From: Candidatus Omnitrophota bacterium | GTDB lineage: Bacteria; Omnitrophota; Gorgyraeia; Gorgyraeales; Gorgyraeaceae | NCBI GenBank assembly: GCA_003485765.1 | Contig: DNHS01000051.1 | Location: 2,314 to 66,313, forward strand | DNA: 64,000 nucleotides | Direction: 5' to 3' | In this document: positions 20,425 to 29,138 of the stretch, one piece after another | How positions within the stretch are numbered: position 1 is the first letter of the stretch | Layout of the letters: each line of letters begins with the position of its first letter | Position numbers and translations under genes: made by a program | Notes under the pieces: generated by a model | Databases searched by the model: none | Told to the model about the DNA's origin: nothing | Seen by the model: the letters and a program-made list of their open reading frames with translations, nothing else

Positions 20425-21522
20425 TTATATTTTTTGCACTGATAGGCTGCTCGTTCTATTTTCGCCATGTTTTTGGCTCCACTTCTCATACACTTCTTTT
20501 TGTATACGCGCTTGACGACATAATTCTGACGACGTCGTCAAGAAAGAACCTGTTTCAAAATAAGTGTAGGAAGGGCAATAACTACAATAAGAAAGCGATG
20601 GACACCCCCTGCAGTGCTTTCTATCTCGCATACGTGATGCCCTTAAGCTCTTGAATAACTTATTATCACACCATATACGAATGAATGAGGCGCGCTTCAG
20701 GCTATTCCCATTGTTAAATCTCAATCGCACACACGGATTTAATTGGCCGTAAGGGGTTATGTTGCTTACCCTTCTTCCTGCGCCGCACAATGGTAGATTT
20801 GGGTCAATGTTCAAAAGTTTGTTCGAAGATCTCATAGGCTGGTGACGATATAGCCCATCTTCTATATAATGTTTCATCTGCAAATCACTCAGTGCATGAT
20901 GTAATGGTCCTGTACTCGCATCATCGCAAGGGAAAATACGATATAATCCCTTGGAATCAAGAAACTGCGCTTTAAGCGTATGCTTTACAAATTGCCGCAA
21001 CTTCCACAGTTCATGCACATTATATTGTAATACAGTGGTCTTAACCAGTACATTTACTCCCATCTCAATCAATTTTGCAATGGCATTTATAGTTTTAGCG
21101 AATGAACCTTGCATCCGGGTAACCTTCTCATGGGTATTCTTAAAGCCATAAAGGCTAATTTCAACAGCGCTTGGAACTATCTTTCTAATTTTTATAGCAG
21201 CTCTCTTATCTATTAAGGTACCGTTTGTAAATATTCGAATGTCAAAATCTAAGCTACGGGCGTGTTCAAGAATTTCAAAAATATCCTTTCGAAGAAATGG
21301 TTCTCCTCCGGTGAATATCAAATGTAAGCATCCCGCATTCTTGAGTTGCTTCAAATATGTTACAATTTCTCCTGTGGTTAGCTCAGCTGTTTTTTTTCGC
21401 ACAATATAACAATGAATACAATGCATATTACATTGATAGGTAAGCTCAAAATGGCAAGAAATTGGGAATTGTCTGTTATGGACAGCTGCTATGAAATCTT
21501 TAGCAGTTTTTATGGGGGCCAT
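20425..21522 (-). CDS. Radical SAM/SPASM peptide maturase
   Basis: CNMHCIHC, FTGGEPFLR; SPASM CGAG...NPC...CRGCPSLSYCSYCP. Confidence 0.92.
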   Translation of the reverse strand: MAPIKTAKDFIAAVHNRQFPISCHFELTYQCNMHCIHCYIVRKKTAELTTGEIVTYLKQLKNAGCLHLIFTGGEPFLRKDIFEILEHARSLDFDIRIFTNGTLIDKRAAIKIRKIVPSAVEISLYGFKNTHEKVTRMQGSFAKTINAIAKLIEMGVNVLVKTTVLQYNVHELWKLRQFVKHTLKAQFLDSKGLYRIFPCDDASTGPLHHALSDLQMKHYIEDGLYRHQPMRSSNKLLNIDPNLPLCGAGRRVSNITPYGQLNPCVRLRFNNGNSLKRASFIRIWCDNKLFKSLRASRMRDRKHCRGCPSLSYCSYCPSYTYFETGSFLTTSSELCRQARIQKEVYEKWSQKHGENRTSSLSVQKI

Positions 21523-21555
21523 TAAAAGTATGTACTTATGATAGAATAGAAACGG

Positions 21556-21693
21556 CTAACAACATGACCCAGGGGACATCAAGGCTCCACTGGTCCCGGA
21601 ACACCCGCTATACACACGCCATTCATGTTCTTTAATTTCTATGTGTTTTATAAGCGGCTTAATCCACTGTTTTTTCTTTTTTTCCATTTTCAT
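21556..21693 (-). CDS. Putative RiPP precursor peptide, 45 aa (not in ORF track)
   Basis: MKMEKKKKQWIKPLIKHIEIKEHEWRVYSGCSGTSGALMSPGSCC*; GAGG RBS; located between the PqqD-family and rSAM genes. Confidence 0.8.
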   Translation of the reverse strand: MKMEKKKKQWIKPLIKHIEIKEHEWRVYSGCSGTSGALMSPGSCC

Positions 21694-21994
21694 GGATTAC
21701 CTCTTCCAACTCAATGAGATCTTTCTTTGTCAACCAGCCTAAAAAACTCGTTATGTCCGATTCGGCTTCTTTAAAATTTACCTCATAGTCATCAATAATT
21801 CTTTTAATTATTTCTGCGACCGTGCTCTTGCCATCTATTGCCTCCCAAATCGCTGTGCCAGTTTGATTGCACACTTCAAGGCTTTCGCGATCTATCGTTT
21901 GTCTTTCTGCAGGTATTAAAACTGCTTCCCCTTCAATAACCCGCCATGCGACATTTTTCTTTTTCTTAGGAATTGTCCTGAGCCACTCCATCAA
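21659..21994 (-). CDS. PqqD-family RiPP recognition element
   Basis: VAWRVIEGEAVLI, NQTGTAIWEAIDGKSTVAEI, YEV...AESDITSFL..L...DLI. Confidence 0.9.
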   Translation of the reverse strand: MMEWLRTIPKKKKNVAWRVIEGEAVLIPAERQTIDRESLEVCNQTGTAIWEAIDGKSTVAEIIKRIIDDYEVNFKEAESDITSFLGWLTKKDLIELEEVIHENGKKEKTVD

Positions 21995-22820
21995 CTATTC
22001 TCCAAAATGAATCGTCAGGTTTAAAATCCAGCCAATAACACTTTATATTATTGCTTAGATCCTGACATGTGTCAAGCAGAACACTAATTATCTCTTGGTT
22101 AACCGGTATACAATGATTATGTCTTAATAATGCTACCATCGCTTCAACCTTGGTCATAGGTTCAATCTTGTTTGATGTATTTTTGCGAAGGAAAAAAAAT
22201 TCTTTAATACAGTGTGAACCATTCGAATAGTGGCGTACATTTCCACTCCAGGGAGTGCCATATATTTTGTATAATCTTTTCTCTTTACGTATCACAATGG
22301 TCTCATCATTTAGAATTTTTAGCCCACGTTTAAGCGCCAATTTGGCTATTGTAGATTTTCCTCCTCCGCTGGCAGCAAGAAATAAATATGCCTTTTTCAT
22401 ACCCACAACTCCACAACTATGCAACATCAATGACTGTGTTTTCGGTAATAGTAAACTGTACCAAAATTCTGGGAAAAAGTTTTCTACAATCCTTCCGGAG
22501 GGCTCTTTGGTATATAATAGTATTTTTTTCATAGAGGTATCTAAATACCCTGCATAAAAATATTTCCCCTTATCAGGAAAAATCAAACAAAATCTTTCAT
22601 CTATTTTACCAAACTTCCAGTTACGAGCTTGAAAAATTATAGAATCCAGAGTAGGGCGCTTTAAGCCAGGCTCATATTTCACTTCTATATGTATATCCGG
22701 ACTTCCGCTAGCTGTGTAATGCCTATAGTATTGTTCGAGACGCCTCCTAATCGTAGGGTGGGATATTTGAAAGGCAAAAGAGACTCCGCCTATACTATAC
22801 ACTAGTTTATGATGATGCAT
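21966..22820 (-). CDS. HPr-kinase-related P-loop protein (ScmC-like)
   Basis: LHSCGV...LFLAASGGGKST, ILNDE, IYGTPWSG. Confidence 0.78.
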   Translation of the reverse strand: MHHHKLVYSIGGVSFAFQISHPTIRRRLEQYYRHYTASGSPDIHIEVKYEPGLKRPTLDSIIFQARNWKFGKIDERFCLIFPDKGKYFYAGYLDTSMKKILLYTKEPSGRIVENFFPEFWYSLLLPKTQSLMLHSCGVVGMKKAYLFLAASGGGKSTIAKLALKRGLKILNDETIVIRKEKRLYKIYGTPWSGNVRHYSNGSHCIKEFFFLRKNTSNKIEPMTKVEAMVALLRHNHCIPVNQEIISVLLDTCQDLSNNIKCYWLDFKPDDSFWRIVDGVAQDNS

Positions 22821-22865
22821 ATAGATAGGTTTTATTAAATACTGGCACAGTTTAATGGGGTCAGG

Positions 22866-23951
22866 TCAAGGCGTATTTAAACAAACCTCTGCCTCTGTAA
22901 CAAGTTCACAGATCAAGTCTTTGACTGAGATTATCTTTTTAATCCGGTAGGCATTACTGCCACACATGGCAAATCCCTTGTCCAACTCTCCTCGGTAAGC
23001 ATTCAACAGCGCTTTGGCAATACAATAATTAACTTTTTTGGCGTCACAAGTATACAAACATTTATATTCGCAACCAAAATCCATACGTTCCCCTTTAGAA
23101 ATCCTCTGCACAAATTCATTACGAATAACTCTTCCCGGCATCCCCACAGGACTCTGGATAACTACAATATCCTCTTTCCTGGCTGAGATATATGCCTCTT
23201 TATATTTCAGAGATACATCACACTCGTGCGTACATACAAAACGTGTAGCTATCTGTACCCCGCTTGCGCCTAAACGCATAACCCTGGCAATATCTTTACC
23301 ATCAAAGATTCCTCCAGCGGCAATAACAGGAATACGCGATTTATCGTTCTCAAAAGCACGCGTAACCGCCAATACCTCGGTCAGGATGCTATCCAGAGAA
23401 AAATGCTCTTCATCAGCAAGCTCGGCCATACTATAGCCCAAATGTCCGCCTGCAAGCGGCCCTTCGACAACAATAGCATCAGGCAGGCGCTTATACCTCC
23501 TGGCCCAAGTACTGCAAATAATCTGCGCTGCGCGGCCGGAAGAAACAATCGGAACAAGTTTAGTCTGATCATTTTTAATCAAAGATGGCAAACGTAACGG
23601 TAGGCCTGCCCCGGAAATAATCACATCCACAGATTCAGCTTGAGCCGCCTCCACTAACTCATCGTAGTTAGTAAGGACACACATAATATTTACGCCGAAC
23701 GGATTTTTCGTCATGCTCCTGGTATCTCGAATGATATTTGTTAGTTCCTCGCGCGAACGCATCTTATAATCACGTTTCTCATTACCGCATTCCTCCCCCA
23801 GCCCCACCGCGGCAATAATCCCAAGCGCCCCTTCGTTGGATACTGCCGAAGCTAATGAAGACGAAGACACACGCGCGCCCATTCCACCTTGAATGATCGG
23901 CAGCTCTATTCTTAAATTACCTATATCTAGATTCTTAAACTCTATATTCAT
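22866..23951 (-). CDS. Nitronate monooxygenase / FabK-like flavin oxidoreductase
   Basis: PIIQGGMG, VEGPLAGGHLG, IAAGGI, GVQIATRF. Confidence 0.9.
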   Translation of the reverse strand: MNIEFKNLDIGNLRIELPIIQGGMGARVSSSSLASAVSNEGALGIIAAVGLGEECGNEKRDYKMRSREELTNIIRDTRSMTKNPFGVNIMCVLTNYDELVEAAQAESVDVIISGAGLPLRLPSLIKNDQTKLVPIVSSGRAAQIICSTWARRYKRLPDAIVVEGPLAGGHLGYSMAELADEEHFSLDSILTEVLAVTRAFENDKSRIPVIAAGGIFDGKDIARVMRLGASGVQIATRFVCTHECDVSLKYKEAYISARKEDIVVIQSPVGMPGRVIRNEFVQRISKGERMDFGCEYKCLYTCDAKKVNYCIAKALLNAYRGELDKGFAMCGSNAYRIKKIISVKDLICELVTEAEVCLNTP

Positions 23952-24135
23952 AAATTCTTGTTGTTAAAACATGTTCCCTATAAGCTGCCTGCCGTTTCTC
24001 TAAGGAGTCCCCCAGTCCTGTATATATAGTATTTTTTTTGATTATATCACTTTTATAACTATTTGCATAATAATTATAACTTTTTTCAAAAATTTTATAC
24101 TATTGCTTTTGGTTTAAGGGGGTCTTTTAAGGGGG

Positions 24136-24861
24136 TCAGACACCGGTTAACGCTTTTATCTCCTCCGGCTTAAGATAGCGAAACTGCCCAGGATTTATTC
24201 CTTCTAGCTTTAAACAGCCTAAGGCAACACGCTTAAGCTGGATGACTTCATGGCCGAGGGATTTGAATAACCTGCGAATTTCCCTATTTTTCCCCTCGGT
24301 TAATTCTACGATCAAGTGTGATTCCTTATTGCTGGCCTTGCGCAGCATTATTCTAGCAGGCTTTAAAAACTCCCCTTCATCCCAAATCCCCTTAGCTAAG
24401 TTTAGTAGTTTTTCTTGCGTGAGATTTCCCTTAACAACTACCACATAAACACGCATAACAGCGTTTGCCGGGTCTGTCAAGTAAGCGGATAGCCTGGTAT
24501 CGTTAGTGAGCAGTAATAACCCGGTTGTAGCCATATCCAAGCGGCCAACGGCATGAAGATACCTGAGTTCTCTAGGTAATAGATCAAAAACCGTAGCTCT
24601 GCCGCGTTCATCGCATCTGGTGGTAACAACAGATTTAGGTTTATACAGCATGATCGTCTGGGGGCTATTCTTCTTGAGAGGCTGGCCGTCTAAAACAAAC
24701 TTATCTTTCTCAGGTACGACCAAATAAAGCGGATCCTTGATAATCTTCCCATTAACCTTAAGTTTCCCATCTAATATCCATCCTCTAGTCTGGGTACGGG
24801 AAGCCAAACCCATTTTCGATAAAGCCCTCTCTAATGCAACTTTTCCAAGCTTCATAGTCAT
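24136..24861 (-). CDS. RsuA/RluB-family pseudouridine synthase
   Basis: S4 domain, VGRLDMATTGLLLLTND, EGKNREIRR. Confidence 0.93.
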   Translation of the reverse strand: MTMKLGKVALERALSKMGLASRTQTRGWILDGKLKVNGKIIKDPLYLVVPEKDKFVLDGQPLKKNSPQTIMLYKPKSVVTTRCDERGRATVFDLLPRELRYLHAVGRLDMATTGLLLLTNDTRLSAYLTDPANAVMRVYVVVVKGNLTQEKLLNLAKGIWDEGEFLKPARIMLRKASNKESHLIVELTEGKNREIRRLFKSLGHEVIQLKRVALGCLKLEGINPGQFRYLKPEEIKALTGV

Positions 24862-25004
24862 GGTAACTATTTTACATCAAACAAAAACTCTCTGCAACGA
24901 ATACTACCGCAACCACATTATGCTGCGGATGGCGAATTCTTCGCCTAAATGCCAATTAAATGCCCGCGATTAAATAATAGCCAATATAGAGATAAAGAGA
25001 TGGT

Positions 25005-25283
25005 TCAATCGCGGGATTTGCTTGATTGCTTAAGGAGCGATTTATTGTGGGATATGAAGGCTAATTTTTTCTTTTTAGTCCATTTTTTAATCTGCGCTTC
25101 GCGCGACTGGGCATTGGATCTATTTAGGTGGATTTCTTTATAGATAAGTCTGACTGGGTGGCGGATTCGGGTGTAGCTGCCACCTTTACTGGAGTTATGT
25201 TCTTTTATTCGACGACAAATGTCGGTAGTGCTGCCTGTGTATAAACTGCCATCTTTACAGCGGAGTATGTAGACATGCCACAT
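25005..25283 (-). CDS. GIY-YIG nuclease family protein (UPF0213-like)
   Basis: MWHVYILRCKDGSLYTGST...REAQIKKW; start trimmed because the upstream ORF extension is repeat-derived. Confidence 0.9.
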   Translation of the reverse strand: MWHVYILRCKDGSLYTGSTTDICRRIKEHNSSKGGSYTRIRHPVRLIYKEIHLNRSNAQSREAQIKKWTKKKKLAFISHNKSLLKQSSKSRD

Positions 25284-25305
25284 AATTTCTTTTGAGTAGA
25301 ACCAT

Positions 25306-25368
25306 GGCGGTTCGACGCGGCCGCCTTTGGCGGCTTTGCTCACCGTCACCTTGAGCAAGCGAAAGGTG
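25306..25368. repeat. GC-rich REP-like hairpin cluster upstream of GIY-YIG gene
   Basis: TTCGACGCGGCCGCCTTTGGCGGCTTTGCTCACC, then CACCTTGAGCAAGCGAAAGGTG; related to the element at 26074-26122. Confidence 0.65.
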
Positions 25369-25387
25369 GCTGCCAGAGATAGATTCG
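25367..25387 (-). other. Degenerate copy of the tRNA-Gln 3' end (possible att scar)
   Basis: CGAATCTATCTCTGGCAGCCA vs tRNA-Gln CGATTCCATCTCCTCCAGCCA, 16/21 identical. Confidence 0.5.
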
Positions 25388-25544
25388 TATAACTATATCT
25401 TTACGGCATTGTAACTTGGATTCTAACTTTTTCTATTATCGCTTCTTATTGCAATATCTATGGTTATATTAATAGCATAAAACTATAATGGTCTCTTTGG
25501 CTGTTTTTCATTGTTCAACTGCGAACTTTTATTTAATAGACTGC

Positions 25545-25814
25545 TTAATGCGTCTGGGCAATCCTATGTATAACCTCGGAGACAAAAGTCTGGTATTTAA
25601 TCCCGAGCTTCTGGGCCCTTTGTTTAATAGTAGCCAGGTCGTGGCTATTTACGCGAACATTCAAAACAGCATCTTTTCTTCTTGCAGCGATACTTTCAGC
25701 GATAGACGCAAAGTTACTCTTGCTGACATTGATATATTCACCTTTTAAAAGGCTATCCTCAATGGTTTTTTCTTGTCTAGTCAGATTAATCTTTTTCTTC
25801 AACATAAGGAACAA
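25545..25814 (-). CDS. CopG/BrnA-like antitoxin
   Basis: KDAVLNVRVNSHDLATIKQRAQKLGIKYQTFVSEVIH ribbon-helix-helix pattern; start codon uncertain. Confidence 0.8.
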   Translation of the reverse strand: MFLMLKKKINLTRQEKTIEDSLLKGEYINVSKSNFASIAESIAARRKDAVLNVRVNSHDLATIKQRAQKLGIKYQTFVSEVIHRIAQTH

Positions 25815-25977
25815 TCCAAATATAGCCCTTAAGCTTAAAGAGCATAATGTTTTGATCCACTCTTTTGGGATGGCTTTTAACAGCGATTAATTGTGAAGAA
25901 ATAATCTCTTCAAAAGAAACACCTCTTGTTCTTTTAAGCCTTTCGCTCTTTAACTGGCTCCAGCGTATATCTTTCAT
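25786..25977 (-). pseudogene. BrnT/DUF4258-like toxin, C-terminally truncated
   Basis: MKDIRWSQLKSERLKRTRGVSFEEI...IVPYVEEKD*; the usual family tail (roughly FLKTI.PSRK) is missing. Confidence 0.65.
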
Positions 25978-26029
25978 TCGGCCTCTAGTTTGTATATACA
26001 ATTGTATGTCAAATACCTTAGGATGTCAA

Positions 26030-26122
26030 GCAAAATCTGCTCTTCTGGCAGAAACTTTAGCAGATTTTGCGCAGACCCTGAGCAAGGCCGAAGGCCGCGT
26101 CGAAGGGTCAAGTCGAAGGGTC
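26030..26122. repeat. Hairpin plus CCCTGAGC...CGAAGGG REP-like element downstream of tRNA-Gln
   Basis: GCAAAATCTGC...GCAGATTTTGC inverted repeat, then GACCCTGAGCAAGGCCGAAGGCCGCGTCGAAGGGTCAAGTCGAAGGGTC. Confidence 0.7.
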
Positions 26123-26174
26123 AAATTGAGCACAAATATGTAACTCTCTTATTTACAATTACTTACGATAAATC

Positions 26175-26248
26175 TGGCTGGAGGAGATGGAATCGAACCA
26201 TCATACCGGGTTCCAGAGACCCGTGTCCTACCGTTAGACGATCCTCCA
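26175..26248 (-). tRNA. tRNA-Gln (CTG)
   Basis: TGGAGGATCGTCTAACGGTAGGACACGGGTCT-CTG-GAACCCG...GGTTCGATTCC ATCTCCTCCAGCCA. Confidence 0.95.
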
Positions 26249-26254
26249 AAAAAT

Positions 26255-26611
26255 CTAAATCTTTCTTCTTTCCTTTATTTCATTCTCAATATACATCTTA
26301 AAACGTTTCTGATCGATCTGGCTGATGCCTTTAAAAATAACTCCTACTTCAAAAGTTTTGGAATTCTCTTCGCCTATTTTTTTTATCCAAGCTATTTCGC
26401 CTTTAGCGAAAATGGGCATTGAATCAAAAGGCACTTCAAGCTGCACATCTAATTTAGTGCCTTTCATAAGTCGTTCGTAAACTATAAACCGCGCCCCGCC
26501 TTCGCTTATATCTCTGCCTACAATCTGATCCTGAGCGCAAGGCTCCTCTATGGTTTTATATTTTATTATAACAGGCCATTCAATCCTTACAAATTTTCTA
26601 TTCTCTTCCAT
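26255..26611 (-). CDS. PilZ domain protein
   Basis: RKFVR (RxxxR) and DISEGG (DxSxxG). Confidence 0.9.
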   Translation of the reverse strand: MEENRKFVRIEWPVIIKYKTIEEPCAQDQIVGRDISEGGARFIVYERLMKGTKLDVQLEVPFDSMPIFAKGEIAWIKKIGEENSKTFEVGVIFKGISQIDQKRFKMYIENEIKERRKI

Positions 26612-27878
26612 AACCCGCCCCTACAACTCTTTCCAATCTTTTTATAACCTTATCTTTGCCTAAAAGAGCTAAGACTTCGAATACGCCTGCTGAAACAGCT
26701 TTACCTGTCACTGCAACCCTTAATGGATGTATTAGATCAGCGCTTTCTATCTTCAGCTCTTCTATCAGTGCCCTGGATTCTTTTTCTATATTTTCCTGCG
26801 TAAAAGGGCCTACTTTTTCAAGCCGCTCTCTTGTTATGCTTAGTATACTTGAAACTTTGTCTTTTTTCAAAAATTTTTCTACTGCCTCTTCATTGTACTG
26901 CACATCGTCTGAGGTAAATATGCCAAATTCTTCTTTAAATTCAACTAGGGTTTTAACCCTGGGATGATAAAGCTCTGCGAATTTTCTGAACCACGCCTCG
27001 TCGCATTCAGGCCTGATAAAATCCATCCCTATCTTTACAAATTCATCCAGAGTAAGCTTTCTTATATGTTCCCCGTTAATCCATCTTAATTTATCCTGGT
27101 TGAATTCAGCGCCTGTTTTATTTATACGTTTCAGGCTGAATTTTTTTATAATCTCCTCCGCAGTCATGAATTCCTTGTTGTCTCCGGGCGACCACCCCAG
27201 TAGCGAAAGATAATTAACCAGCGCCTGAGGCAGATAGCCCATCTGGCGGTAATCAGTTATTGAAACTGCGCCAAAACGTTTAGATAAAGGCGCTTTGTCA
27301 GGCCCGAGTATCAAAGGTACATGCGCAAATTTCGGAGGCTTTACCCCAAGCGCATCATAAACCGCTGCTTGTTTATTGGTATTTGAAATATGGTCATCGC
27401 CTCTTATTACATGCGTTATCTGCATCTCTATATCATCCACAACACACGCAAAATTATAGGCAGGGCTTCCATCTGATTTCATCAGCACCAGGTCGTCTAT
27501 CAGGGTATTGTCCACCTCTATCTCGCCGTGCACAAGATCGTATATTTTTATCTTTTCATCCAGTATCTTAAAAATAATTGCTTCTCCGTCTTTATAGGCC
27601 AGCTCTTTTTCAAGCAGCCTCTGAGCATAAGATCTGTAAATATCAAATCTATTTGTCTGAAAATAAGGCCCTTCGTCCCAATTTAAACCAAGCCATTTTA
27701 AATCTGCGATAATCTCTTCCAGGTAAACATCGCTTGAACGCTTCTGATCAGTATCTTCTATTCTCAATATAAATACTCCTGCCTGAGACCTTGCGTATAG
27801 CCAATTAAATAATGCTGTTCTTACGCTTCCTATATGTAGATAACCTGTAGGGCTTGGCGCGAACCTAACGCGAACCAT
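26598..27878 (-). CDS. gltX: Glutamate-tRNA ligase
   Basis: RFAPSPTGYLHIG, HVIRGDDH, LSKR. Confidence 0.96.
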   Translation of the reverse strand: MVRVRFAPSPTGYLHIGSVRTALFNWLYARSQAGVFILRIEDTDQKRSSDVYLEEIIADLKWLGLNWDEGPYFQTNRFDIYRSYAQRLLEKELAYKDGEAIIFKILDEKIKIYDLVHGEIEVDNTLIDDLVLMKSDGSPAYNFACVVDDIEMQITHVIRGDDHISNTNKQAAVYDALGVKPPKFAHVPLILGPDKAPLSKRFGAVSITDYRQMGYLPQALVNYLSLLGWSPGDNKEFMTAEEIIKKFSLKRINKTGAEFNQDKLRWINGEHIRKLTLDEFVKIGMDFIRPECDEAWFRKFAELYHPRVKTLVEFKEEFGIFTSDDVQYNEEAVEKFLKKDKVSSILSITRERLEKVGPFTQENIEKESRALIEELKIESADLIHPLRVAVTGKAVSAGVFEVLALLGKDKVIKRLERVVGAGYGRE

Positions 27879-28404
27879 ATTCGTACCCCTTTCTTATAGC
27901 CTTTTCATTAATAGGTATCATGTTATGATAAGAAGCTGGAAATATGTCTTTGAGCGCGTCTATCAATGTTATTAAAGATGCTATTTTTTTTCTTGCCAGA
28001 AGCGCTCCCAATATAACCATATTTGCTACCTTGAGATTCCCCAGTTCTGAAGCCATGCTAGTTGCAGGAATATTCAGAATATCAATGTCTTTTCTTTCAG
28101 CGTCTATATTTATAAGCGATTTATTAACTATCAGAAGGCCATTTTCCTTCACCCTGGTTTCGAATTTTTGAAGAGAAGGCCTGTTCATCACAATGCATAT
28201 GCCCGGCTCTTTTACAATAGGTGTCGCGATAATTTCATCTGAAATAATCACCATGGAATGCGCAGTCCCTCCCCTGACTTCTGCGCCATAAGAAGGCATC
28301 CATGTAACATGTTTCCCATCGCTCATGGCTGCATAAGATATGGCCTTGCCCATCAACATTATTCCCTGGCCGCCAAAACCTGCGAAGATTATTTCTTCTT
28401 TCAC
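27865..28404 (-). CDS. 2-oxoacid:ferredoxin oxidoreductase gamma subunit
   Basis: AGFGGQGI, PSYGAEVRGG. Confidence 0.93.
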   Translation of the reverse strand: MKEEIIFAGFGGQGIMLMGKAISYAAMSDGKHVTWMPSYGAEVRGGTAHSMVIISDEIIATPIVKEPGICIVMNRPSLQKFETRVKENGLLIVNKSLINIDAERKDIDILNIPATSMASELGNLKVANMVILGALLARKKIASLITLIDALKDIFPASYHNMIPINEKAIRKGYEYGSR

Positions 28405-29138
28405 GTTATATCCTTAAAAATTTTTAAAGGGTATTCCTTTGTCATCTCTTCTCCTACCCATTTCACTGCTTCCTGCGGCGAAAGCCCCAGATATGTGGGG
28501 CAGGGAGAAAGAACTTCAACTATTGAAAAACCAACATTTTTAATCTGATTTTCAAATGCTTTCTTTATTGCCCGCTTTGCCTTTAACACATTCTGCGGAT
28601 TATTAATAGCAACTCTTTCTGCGTACATGACACCTGACAAATTAGATAATAGCTCGCAAACCCTTAATGGGAAACCATGTATTTTCTGGTCTCTTCCTAA
28701 AGGTGTAGTTGCTGTCTTCTGTTTTAACATCGTTGTAGGCGCCATCTGGCCGCCTGTCATCCCATATACCGCATTATTCACAAATATTATTGTGATATTC
28801 TCTCCTCTGTTAGCGGCGTGGATTATCTCTGCTGTCCCTATCGCAGCCAGGTCTCCGTCTCCCTGATAACCGAAAACTATTTTATCAGGCCTTGTCCTTT
28901 TTATGCCTGTTGCAACGCTTGGGACTCTGCCATGCGCTGCCTCTGTCACGTCAAAATTCCAGTAATCATAGGCTATGACAGCGCATCCTACAGGAGCTAT
29001 ACCGATCAGTCTTTCTCTTATATCAAGCTCATCTACTATCTCGCATATAATACGATGCACAATGCCATGGCCGCAGCCGGCGCAATAATGGGTAACAGCG
29101 TCTTTCATACTTTCTGGCCTACTGCTAATTTTATTCAT
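28401..29138 (-). CDS. 2-oxoacid:ferredoxin oxidoreductase beta subunit (TPP-binding)
   Basis: YCAGCGH, GDGDLAAIG, NNAVYGMTGGQ. Confidence 0.93.
   Translation of the reverse strand: MNKISSRPESMKDAVTHYCAGCGHGIVHRIICEIVDELDIRERLIGIAPVGCAVIAYDYWNFDVTEAAHGRVPSVATGIKRTRPDKIVFGYQGDGDLAAIGTAEIIHAANRGENITIIFVNNAVYGMTGGQMAPTTMLKQKTATTPLGRDQKIHGFPLRVCELLSNLSGVMYAERVAINNPQNVLKAKRAIKKAFENQIKNVGFSIVEVLSPCPTYLGLSPQEAVKWVGEEMTKEYPLKIFKDIT

Noticed and set aside
25284-25358. N-terminal extension of the GIY-YIG ORF, and ORF 25990-26301
   Set aside because: Both are translations of palindromic repeat or tRNA sequence.
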